From contig CALXBD010000093.1 of assembly GCA_944386445.1 (NCBI GenBank), positions 36,235 through 100,234 of the forward strand: a stretch of DNA of 64,000 nt, in the 5' to 3' direction. Below, piece after piece: positions 9,859 to 17,660 of this stretch. Numbering within the stretch: position 1 is the first letter of the stretch; the number at the start of each line of letters is the position of its first letter. Both the position numbers and the translations under genes were made by a program. The notes beneath the pieces were generated by a model. The model was not told where the DNA came from, made no database searches, and saw only the letters and a list, made by a program, of their open reading frames with translations. Source of the DNA: an uncultured Clostridia bacterium. GTDB lineage: Bacteria > Bacillota > Clostridia > Oscillospirales > Ruminococcaceae.

Positions 9859-10118
9859 CAAATCCCTCCGATGACAGAGAACTGCTCTGTTCCGTCTTAG
9901 CAGGAGAACGAGCCGCTGCAGCCGGTTACAGCCGTGCGGCCGGCGAAGCTGCCACCCCCGCGGTCCGGCAGAAATTTCTGGACCTGTTGTGGGACGAGCA
10001 CCAGACTGTGGATGCCCTTTCCCAGGAGCTTCGCAAGCGGGGCTGGCTGCCCCAAATCCCTGCTGATCCCGAACATTTAAGAAAAGTCCAAAAGCAGCTG
10101 GAGGCACCGCTTCCTTAA
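9855..10118 (+). CDS. Spore coat protein F (Coat_F)-like protein
   Basis: Coat_F-like pattern: LLCSVLAGERAAAAGYSRAAGEAATPAVRQKFLDLLWDEHQTVDALSQELRKRGW. I propose a TTG start at 9855, preceded by GAGGAGGGA (9841-9849). Confidence 0.6.
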   Translation: MTNPSDDRELLCSVLAGERAAAAGYSRAAGEAATPAVRQKFLDLLWDEHQTVDALSQELRKRGWLPQIPADPEHLRKVQKQLEAPLP

Positions 10119-10121
10119 AAT

Positions 10122-10163
10122 AAATCCGCCGCCCCAGCTGTTGCAAGCTTCGGCGGCGGATTT
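10122..10163. terminator. Bidirectional terminator hairpin
   Basis: 12-bp GC-rich stem, aaatccgccgcc ... ggcggcggattt, between convergent genes. Confidence 0.7.
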
Positions 10164-10171
10164 CAGCAAAT

Positions 10172-11059
10172 TCAGATATTAATCAGCACAATGGCACACA
10201 CGCCAATCAAAATACCGATCTTTCCGGAGGTATTGATCTTTTCCTTTAGCAAAAGCAAGGAGTACAGCGTTAAACATACCATGGTACTTCCCTGGACTAC
10301 CGGGAAAAGATAGGAACTGGGCACCACCCCGGTCAGATACGCAGTCAAAACGTTGCCGCCGCCTGTTCCCACGGCAACTAAAACAATCGGCAGCACCGAG
10401 CTTTTTAAAGAAGCCGCATCCGCTTTAAAACTGCTTCCATCTTTCCGGCCCGGGAACGCGCTGCCAGCCAATGCCAAAATACATGCCGCAGTAAACGTCA
10501 CCAGCATCATTTGGCTGGATTCTGCCGGCAATCCCGCATCCTTCAGATAATGCTGCTGCAGATTCATAAAAATAGACAGGCTGCCGTTGCACGCCCAGGT
10601 CAAAATGCAGAGTATCAGCCAGCGTTTGCTGAATTTTCCGCCTTTTGGCCCTCCGAGAACCGTAATAAAGTAAAAAGCAGCCAAAAACAATGCAATTGCT
10701 GCCCCAACGTTCCAGGTAAGAGGTTCCCCCCAGAACACTAATCCCGCAATAGCGGGAATCAGCATACTGGATGCAAAAAAGAAACTGGTATAAGACAACG
10801 GCCCGCTCTGCATGGCAAAATAGTAAACCGCCAGGGTAATGACAAAAAAGATGCCGAACAGGCTTCCGTAAATCAATGTCACGCCCTGATACGACGGCCG
10901 GATAATAACTGACCAAATCCACAGCGCAACCGCGATTATTCCCGAGGACAGCGACGTACTCAAAAGGTTTTGCCGCAGGGATACGGTCTTAACATTTTTC
11001 AGGGCTGCGCTTTGGGCTACAAACAGAACTACTGCAACTGCAATCAGAATTGTGTCCAT
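10172..11059 (-). CDS. Polytopic membrane protein, DMT/EamA-like transporter
   Basis: 295 aa with about 10 hydrophobic segments and an internal two-half organisation. SD AAAGGAG. Confidence 0.6.
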   Translation of the reverse strand: MDTILIAVAVVLFVAQSAALKNVKTVSLRQNLLSTSLSSGIIAVALWIWSVIIRPSYQGVTLIYGSLFGIFFVITLAVYYFAMQSGPLSYTSFFFASSMLIPAIAGLVFWGEPLTWNVGAAIALFLAAFYFITVLGGPKGGKFSKRWLILCILTWACNGSLSIFMNLQQHYLKDAGLPAESSQMMLVTFTAACILALAGSAFPGRKDGSSFKADAASLKSSVLPIVLVAVGTGGGNVLTAYLTGVVPSSYLFPVVQGSTMVCLTLYSLLLLKEKINTSGKIGILIGVCAIVLINI

Positions 11060-11081
11060 AACGAAAGACTCCTTTGTTGAC

Positions 11082-12197
11082 TTAGTCTGACAGACCAGAC
11101 ATCTGTATATTTACCAAACTAAAACGTCCAGTGGTACTGCGGGAGGGTGTATAGGCCGGCTCGTCTTCTACCTGCGGAAGCGTATCGCCTTGCACAGGAA
11201 TTCTGACCAATAAACGAATTCCTGGCCGGCCGTTTTCCAGCAGGCAACTGCCTTTGGCATCCAAAACAGCCTGCTCCAATATCTGATACCCGATTTTCTT
11301 GAAAGGTATTATTTCTCCTGTCGTATCCAGACGGATCTCGTCCCCTAAAATTCCCTCTTCCATTTCAAAAAAGCTGGAACAATTATCCGTCAGCAAAATC
11401 CGCAGCTCACTTTCTTCATTTGTGCAGCGGCAAGTGAGCAACCGGTTTTTATCGGATTGTACCCGCAGATACCGCGCAGAAGCAGCTGCCATATTCAAAA
11501 TACCAATCTCCAAGCGTTCCTTAGGGATCAGGCAGACCGCATTCTGGCATTCGACGCTGTATTCCAATCCAATTCCCGCCGGTATCAGGCGAAACTCAAG
11601 CTGCCGCAGGATTTCCAGCAGATACGGCTGCATGGAAACAGGTGTCAGGAGCGGATTCTCTTCCCGATGGTAATAAAGATTCAAATTTTGGCTTACGCGC
11701 AGCAGGGACAAGCAACCTTCTTCCACACGGGCCGCGCTGTCAGCAGCATTATAACATCCAGCCTCTTCGGCCTGTTCAGACAGCTGATCCAACTGATTCA
11801 TCATCCGAAATACCTGGTCTCGAATATAGTAACTTAACAGCTGAACACCACCTGCATTTTCCTCTCTGTTTGCATCAAGGCTGTATCCGCTGCTGGCGCA
11901 ATAGCGCCCCACCCATAATGGAGGTGCTTCATGAAAACAGATCACGGTTATACTTTCGCTGCCGTTGAGATGGGATGGAAAAAATGCCGCCCCCTTTGCT
12001 TTGGAAAGCGAAACCGCATTTTCCAGTCCAAAATCAGCAAAAGCAGCTGCGACATTTTTTCCTTCGATCAGTTCCGGAAACTGCTGCTCACAGGCTGGAT
12101 TGACCCATGTGATTTGTAGATTGCTGTCAAAGCCAAAAACAGGAGCTGGATCCTGTTCATACAATTTCTTCAGCAGGTCCGTTTCTTGCAGTGCCAT
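11082..12197 (-). CDS. Cytoplasmic histidine-kinase-like protein with degenerate H-box and ATP-lid (putative pseudokinase)
   Basis: PAS-like N-terminus (ITWVNPACEQQF). The DHp-like helix reads LLSYYIRDQVFRMMNQL where kinases have SHELRTPL. The C-terminal GHKL-like fold reads LRILLTDNCSSFF ... IRLLVRIPV. ATG 12197 is preceded by AAGGTGG. Confidence 0.5.
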   Translation of the reverse strand: MALQETDLLKKLYEQDPAPVFGFDSNLQITWVNPACEQQFPELIEGKNVAAAFADFGLENAVSLSKAKGAAFFPSHLNGSESITVICFHEAPPLWVGRYCASSGYSLDANREENAGGVQLLSYYIRDQVFRMMNQLDQLSEQAEEAGCYNAADSAARVEEGCLSLLRVSQNLNLYYHREENPLLTPVSMQPYLLEILRQLEFRLIPAGIGLEYSVECQNAVCLIPKERLEIGILNMAAASARYLRVQSDKNRLLTCRCTNEESELRILLTDNCSSFFEMEEGILGDEIRLDTTGEIIPFKKIGYQILEQAVLDAKGSCLLENGRPGIRLLVRIPVQGDTLPQVEDEPAYTPSRSTTGRFSLVNIQMSGLSD

Positions 12198-12397
12198 GAA
12201 GCACCACCTTTTCTTTGTAAATTTTCCAACATAAAAATATGCCTGTAAAAATCCCTTTGACATTCATCAGGCAATACAATTTTATTATAACCAAAACCTT
12301 TGCAATTGTAAACCTTGAAAAATGCAGAAAACTTTACTTTTTCTACAAAAGGCGGTATAATGATTTTGGCTATTGCAAAACGGAAAGGCGGAGTTTT

Positions 12398-13066
12398 ATG
12401 GTTTCTCTGGGCAACGGTTGGGACGAGATTTTGAAAGAGGAATTTCAAAAGGATTACTACCTGCGGCTGCGGCAGATCCTGAAACATGAATACCAAACCC
12501 AAACCATTTATCCGTCTATGTACGACTTGTTCAACGCGCTACGATTGACCCCTCCGGAAAATGTCAAGGTGGTCATCTTAGGACAGGATCCTTATCATGG
12601 ACCGGGACAAGCCCATGGCTTGTCGTTTTCTGTGCAGAAAGGCGTTCCAATACCGCCTTCCCTCCAAAATATTTTCAAGGAGCTGCAGGATGATCTGGGA
12701 GTTTTCCCCCCTCATCACGGCTGTTTGGAAACTTGGGCCAAAAACGGGGTGCTGCTGCTCAATACGGTCCTGACCGTACGGGCAGGAAAGCCAAACTCCC
12801 ATCGCGGAATCGGCTGGGAAACTTTTACCGACGCGGTGATCCAAAAGCTGAATGAGCGCAATCAGCCTATAGTTTTTCTACTTTGGGGCGCTAACGCTAA
12901 AGCAAAACAAAACCTTCTGAACAATCCGAACCATTTGGTGCTGACAGCACCGCATCCCAGCCCCTTTTCAGCAAATTCCGGCTTTTTCGGCTGTCACCAT
13001 TTTTCCAAAGCTACCCGGTTCCTGAATCAGCATGGCATTACAATGGATTGGAAAATCCCGGGCTGA
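12398..13066 (+). CDS. ung: Uracil-DNA glycosylase (family 1)
   Basis: GQDPYHGPGQAHGLSFSV water-activating loop and APHPSPFSA motif. ATG 12398 follows GGAAAGGCGGAG. The longest ORF (12239) adds a non-homologous extension. Confidence 0.95.
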   Translation: MVSLGNGWDEILKEEFQKDYYLRLRQILKHEYQTQTIYPSMYDLFNALRLTPPENVKVVILGQDPYHGPGQAHGLSFSVQKGVPIPPSLQNIFKELQDDLGVFPPHHGCLETWAKNGVLLLNTVLTVRAGKPNSHRGIGWETFTDAVIQKLNERNQPIVFLLWGANAKAKQNLLNNPNHLVLTAPHPSPFSANSGFFGCHHFSKATRFLNQHGITMDWKIPG

Positions 13067-13087
13067 CTTTGATTAAGAGGAGCGATT

Positions 13088-13528
13088 ATCATCAAGCAGG
13101 TAAACCTATATACCGACGGCGCCTGTAGCGGGAATCCCGGCCCCGGCGGCTGGGGTGCTGTTTTGGAATGTGAGGGGCATCGGAAAGAGCTTTCCGGGGG
13201 AGACCCTTCGACTACCAACAACCGCATGGAGCTGACAGCCGTCATCCAAGGGCTTGCGGCACTAAAATATGGCTGCAAAGTTACTTTGACCAGCGATTCC
13301 AAATATGTTCTGGACGCCATTACAAAAGGGTGGGTCTATAATTGGAAGAAAAACGGATGGCGGAGATCAAACAAATCCCCTGCCCTCAACGTCGACCTGT
13401 GGGAACAGCTCTTAGAGCAGCTCAGCCGTCATGAAATGACCTACCAATGGGTCAAAGGTCATGCCGGCCATCCCGAAAATGAGCGCTGTGATCAGCTGGC
13501 CGTGGCGGAAAGTATGAAATTTCGTTAA
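13088..13528 (+). CDS. rnhA: Ribonuclease HI (start codon non-canonical; candidates are ATT 13085 and ATC 13088/13091)
   Basis: Codons 13094-13162 encode [24 protein letters not shown]. This is followed by [14 protein letters not shown] and [15 protein letters not shown]. The first in-frame ATG/GTG/TTG is TTG 13163, downstream of the catalytic Asp. SD AAGAGGAG is at 13074-13081. Confidence 0.8.
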   Translation: MIKQVNLYTDGACSGNPGPGGWGAVLECEGHRKELSGGDPSTTNNRMELTAVIQGLAALKYGCKVTLTSDSKYVLDAITKGWVYNWKKNGWRRSNKSPALNVDLWEQLLEQLSRHEMTYQWVKGHAGHPENERCDQLAVAESMKFR

Positions 13529-13583
13529 AATCATTACTGGTTCAGTAGGAATTTGAAGAAACTGTAAACTCTTGGCTATGGCC

Positions 13584-13612
13584 TTGTATTTTCTACTGAA
13601 TTGGTATATAAT
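13584..13612 (+). promoter_or_regulatory. Sigma-70-type promoter for nifS-nifU-mnmA
   Basis: TTGTAT-N17-TATAAT with TG at the extended -10 position (tggtaTATAAT). Confidence 0.55.
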
Positions 13613-13673
13613 AGAGTTGTAAAAAATACCGGATTTTACCGGTTCAATAAATTCCCCAGAAAGGAACTTTTCT

Positions 13674-14873
13674 ATGGATCGTTACGTATATCTGGATAAC
13701 TCTGCTACTACTAAAATTTCCGACCGTGTGTTCCAGGCCATGGTCCCCTACCTGACGGAACATTACGGAAACCCTTCCAGCATCTATGCTATGGGCCGGG
13801 AGGCGGCTCAGGCAATCGAAGACGCCCGCAAAAAGGTGGCTGGCGCTCTGAATGCACAGCCCAATGAGATTTATTTCACTGGCTGCGGCAGCGAATCCGA
13901 CAACTGGGCCATTAAAGGCGCTGCCAGACGTCTGGCGCGGACTCAGGGCAAAAAGCATATCGTTACTTCCGTGTTTGAGCATCACGCGGTACTCCACACC
14001 TGTCAGGCACTGGAACGGGATGGCTTTGAAGTCACCTATGTGCCGGTGGACAAGCTGGGATACATCAATCCGGCAGATGTGGAAAAGGCAATCCGTCCCG
14101 ACACAGCCATTGTATCGATTATGTATGCCAATAATGAGATCGGTACCATCCAGCCCATCCGGGAGATCGGAGCGATCTGCAAGGCAAAAAAGGTGTTATT
14201 CCATACCGATGCCGTTCAGGCTGTTGGAAATCTGCCCATTGACGTCAAGGCTGATAATATTGATCTTCTGTCGCTGTCTGGCCATAAAATTCACGCTCCG
14301 AAAGGCGTCGGTGCCATGTACATTCGCCGGGGGATTATTCTGGATAATTTTATGGATGGCGGCGGACAGGAATCCGGCAAACGCGCCGGTACGGAAAATC
14401 TAGCTTCCATTGTGGGATTGGGCGTGGCCATCGAAGAGGTTTACGAAAACTTAGAAGAAAAGGTGGCCAAAATGACCCGCTTGCGGAATCGTCTTATCGA
14501 GGGACTGCTGAAAATCCCCTGCACGCGTTTAAACGGCGGCACTGAAAACCGCCTCTGCACCAACGTGAACATCTCTTTCGGAGGAATTGAGGGCGAAGGG
14601 TTACTGCTGCTGCTGGATCTGAACGGGATTGCCGCTTCATCCGGCTCCGCCTGCACCTCCGGGTCGTTGGATCCCTCTCATGTACTGCTGTCCATCGGCT
14701 TGGAACACGGAATTGCCCATGGCTCCCTGCGGCTGAGCCTGGGAAGCGATACCACTGATGAGGACATTGATTATACCCTGGAAACGGTTCCGAAAGTTGT
14801 GGAACGGCTGCGCGCAATGTCTCCTGTTTGGCAGGAATGGGGAGAAGACGAACGGGCAGGAAAAAATCTGTAA
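13674..14873 (+). CDS. nifS: Cysteine desulfurase NifS/IscS type
   Basis: PLP-lysine motif [15 protein letters not shown] and catalytic Cys loop [10 protein letters not shown]. Confidence 0.95.
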   Translation: MDRYVYLDNSATTKISDRVFQAMVPYLTEHYGNPSSIYAMGREAAQAIEDARKKVAGALNAQPNEIYFTGCGSESDNWAIKGAARRLARTQGKKHIVTSVFEHHAVLHTCQALERDGFEVTYVPVDKLGYINPADVEKAIRPDTAIVSIMYANNEIGTIQPIREIGAICKAKKVLFHTDAVQAVGNLPIDVKADNIDLLSLSGHKIHAPKGVGAMYIRRGIILDNFMDGGGQESGKRAGTENLASIVGLGVAIEEVYENLEEKVAKMTRLRNRLIEGLLKIPCTRLNGGTENRLCTNVNISFGGIEGEGLLLLLDLNGIAASSGSACTSGSLDPSHVLLSIGLEHGIAHGSLRLSLGSDTTDEDIDYTLETVPKVVERLRAMSPVWQEWGEDERAGKNL

Positions 14874-14905
14874 GAGATGCTTTTAAATAGAAAGGACGAA
14901 GGATT

Positions 14906-15364
14906 ATGTTATACAGCGCAAAAGTAATGGAGCACTTTGCAAACCCTCACAACGTGGGGGAAATTCCCGATGCCAACGGCGTCGGCGAGGTCGGAAACCA
15001 AAAATGCGGCGATATCATGAAGATCTTTTTGAAGATCAATAACGGTATCATCGAGGATGTCAAGTTCCAGACCTTTGGCTGCGGCGCTGCAATCGCCACC
15101 TCTTCCATGGCTACCGACCTGATCAAGGGCAAACCTTTGGAAGATGCGCTTCAGCTGACCAACAAGGCCGTTGTAGAGGCTCTGGATGGTCTGCCGGCAG
15201 TAAAACTGCACTGCTCGGTGCTGGCGGAACAGGCCGTTAAGGCCGCAGTTGCCGACTACTACCGGCGTCAGGGGATCGACCCGACACCGATTGTGGGAAA
15301 TCTGGAAGAGGATTGCCACGAATGCAGCTGTGAGGGCACGGAAGACGCCCATTGCAGCCACTGA
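14906..15364 (+). CDS. nifU: Fe-S cluster assembly scaffold NifU/IscU-like
   Basis: Three conserved Cys contexts (GNQKCGD, FGCGAAIATSS, LHCSVLAE) and a Cys/His-rich tail. Confidence 0.92.
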   Translation: MLYSAKVMEHFANPHNVGEIPDANGVGEVGNQKCGDIMKIFLKINNGIIEDVKFQTFGCGAAIATSSMATDLIKGKPLEDALQLTNKAVVEALDGLPAVKLHCSVLAEQAVKAAVADYYRRQGIDPTPIVGNLEEDCHECSCEGTEDAHCSH

Positions 15365-15434
15365 AGTCATGTGCTAAAACTGAAACCGGACCCGTTCCCC
15401 AATGGGTCCGGTTTTTTGCAGGAAGGAGCCTTTT

Positions 15435-16460
15435 ATGAGCCAGAAAATTCTTGTAGCCCTCAGCGGCGGCGTAGACAGTTCTGTTTGTGCCTGGCTTTTA
15501 AAGCAGCAGGGCTGGGAGGTAGGCGGCATTGTGATGAAAATGTCCCCTGCCCATGAGCAGACTGTAGCTGACGCCCAAGCCGCAGCAGAACAGCTGGGAA
15601 TTCCTCTTCTGGTACGGGATCTGGAAGAGGATTTTTCAAGAGAAGTCATTTCCTACTTCATGGAGGAATATGCCCGGGGACGTACCCCGAATCCCTGCAT
15701 CGTCTGCAACCCGAAGATTAAGTTCCGGGCACTGATGGAAGCAGTCGAGGAGGGCGGATATGAACTGGCGGCTACCGGCCATTACGCGGGGCTTCAGAAA
15801 AAGGATGGTCTCACTCTGCTGACACGGGGTGAGAATCCGGAAAGGGATCAATCGTATATGCTTTACCGGCTGGGACAGAAAGAACTTTCCAGATTGTTTT
15901 TCCCGCTGGCAGCGCTGCCAAAGGATCAGGTGCGGGAGCTGGCTCGGCAAGCTGGGCTTTCCTGTGCCGAAAAGCCGGACAGTCAGGAAAACTGCTTCAT
16001 CCCGGACAATGACTATGCGGGATATATCGAAGCGCACCGAGGAGCGTGTCCGCCCGGAGAGTTCATCTCACCGGAAGGGGTTCCCTGCGGAATGCATCAG
16101 GGGATTATCCATTATACAGTGGGCCAGCGAAAACGGCTGGGGATCGCCCTGGGAAGGCCGGTCTTTATCAGAGAAATCGATCCCGATACCAACCGGATTT
16201 ACTTGGCGGACGGGACCGACACCTGCAAAGAGGAAATTATCGTAACTGACATCTCCGAAACATTCCCAGGGGCCATCCGGGACGGCGATGAAGTACAGGT
16301 AAAGATCCGGTCCCGGGCGTCGGCAGCTCCGGCAGTGGTTTTCCGGGAGGGAAATCAGCTGCGGATCCGGTTTGCGGTTCCTCAAAGGGCGCCGGCACCG
16401 GGACAGTCCGCAGTTTTGTATCAGGGAGATATTGTATTGGGCGGCGGATTCATCTGTTGA
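15435..16460 (+). CDS. mnmA: tRNA-specific 2-thiouridylase MnmA
   Basis: PP-loop VALSGGVDSSV, with conserved Cys residues in NPCIVCN. ATG 15435 follows GGAAGGAG. Confidence 0.95.
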   Translation: MSQKILVALSGGVDSSVCAWLLKQQGWEVGGIVMKMSPAHEQTVADAQAAAEQLGIPLLVRDLEEDFSREVISYFMEEYARGRTPNPCIVCNPKIKFRALMEAVEEGGYELAATGHYAGLQKKDGLTLLTRGENPERDQSYMLYRLGQKELSRLFFPLAALPKDQVRELARQAGLSCAEKPDSQENCFIPDNDYAGYIEAHRGACPPGEFISPEGVPCGMHQGIIHYTVGQRKRLGIALGRPVFIREIDPDTNRIYLADGTDTCKEEIIVTDISETFPGAIRDGDEVQVKIRSRASAAPAVVFREGNQLRIRFAVPQRAPAPGQSAVLYQGDIVLGGGFIC

Positions 16461-16477
16461 CGGGAGGAGAAACTCAC

Positions 16478-17017
16478 ATGGCGGAATTTTGGGACGTTTA
16501 TGATGAAAACCGGCAGAAAACCGGAAGACTGCATCAACGCGGACTGCCCATGACTCCGGAGGATTACCATTTGACGGTCATGGTTTGGCTCTTTGACTCT
16601 CAGGGAAGGGTGCTGCTGACTCGCAGGCATCCGGATAAACCCTGGGGCGGCTGGTGGGAATGTACCGGCGGCGCCGTCACGGCCGGCGAAGACAGCTATA
16701 CCGGAGCCTTACGGGAAGTCGCTGAGGAAATCGGGGTGGATCTGAAGGAAGGCCCGGCGGGAAAGCTGGTCAAAAGCTACCGCCGTACTGCCAACCAGCC
16801 CGGAAAGTACAGTTCGTTTTATGACGTATACCTTTTTGTGCGGGATATCCCCGCCGAAAAGCTGATCCTGCAGCCGGAAGAGGTCACTGACGCCAAGTGG
16901 GTTACCCGTCAGGAATATGAAGCCATGCTTGCCGGCGGACGGATCGTTCCCACACTGGATAATGCCTATGAGTTGTGGGATTCTTTTTGTGAGATGAGTA
17001 AAAATTATGAACTATAA
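16478..17017 (+). CDS. NUDIX hydrolase
   Basis: Nudix box GGAVTAGEDSYTGALREVAEEIGV. ATG 16478 follows GGGAGGAG. Confidence 0.85.
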   Translation: MAEFWDVYDENRQKTGRLHQRGLPMTPEDYHLTVMVWLFDSQGRVLLTRRHPDKPWGGWWECTGGAVTAGEDSYTGALREVAEEIGVDLKEGPAGKLVKSYRRTANQPGKYSSFYDVYLFVRDIPAEKLILQPEEVTDAKWVTRQEYEAMLAGGRIVPTLDNAYELWDSFCEMSKNYEL

Positions 17018-17095
17018 AAATTGTGAAAAAATTTTTATTTGATGCAATAAAATGCTCTATCCATACGTTATCCTGTCAGAGAGGAGGAAATCCGT

Positions 17096-17659
17096 ATGCT
17101 GCCTGAAAGAATCGCGCCGTGTTCCCGGGACATGACCGGCGCCCTGGACTGTTGGATCCAACAGATCGCCAGGGGGGAAAAGAGCGCCCTCGCTTCTTTA
17201 TACAATCAAACCTGCTCCAGCGTTTACGGCTTTGCTCTCTCCATCTGCAAGAACGTACCGGATGCGGAGGATGTCCTCCAGGACACCTATCTGCACGTCT
17301 GGCAGGCCGCGGACAGCTACCGTTCCCATGGAAAACCCATGGCCTGGCTGCTGACAATTACCCGCAACCTGGCAAACAGCCGCCTGCGGGACCGAGGCCG
17401 CACTTCCCTGCTGGACCCGGAGGAATGGCTAGAACAGCTGGCTGAAATCCCGGGGCTGCCCCAGGAGGATCGGCTGCTGCTGGAAGCGCTCCTCGGAGGA
17501 CTTCCCGATCAGGACCGCCAGATTCTCCTGCTCCACGCCCTCACCGGCTTCAAACACCGGGAAATCGCTGAGCTGCTGGAACTGCCGCTTCCCACCGTTC
17601 TGTCCAAATACCACCGGGCTGTTAAAAAGCTCCGTACGCAATGGAAGGAGATGGACTGA
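17096..17659 (+). CDS. RNA polymerase sigma factor, ECF (sigma-70 group 4) family
   Basis: Region 2 (DAEDVLQDTYLHVW) and region 4 HTH (FKHREIAELLELPLPTVLSKYHRAVKKLR). SD GAGAGGAGGA. Confidence 0.9.
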   Translation: MLPERIAPCSRDMTGALDCWIQQIARGEKSALASLYNQTCSSVYGFALSICKNVPDAEDVLQDTYLHVWQAADSYRSHGKPMAWLLTITRNLANSRLRDRGRTSLLDPEEWLEQLAEIPGLPQEDRLLLEALLGGLPDQDRQILLLHALTGFKHREIAELLELPLPTVLSKYHRAVKKLRTQWKEMD

Positions 17660-17660
17660 C

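Noticed and set aside
13064-13072. The possibility that ung and rnhA form one fusion protein by stop-codon readthrough, since they share a frame.
   Set aside because: Two TGA codons separated by one codon would both have to be suppressed. A good SD for independent initiation sits immediately after them.
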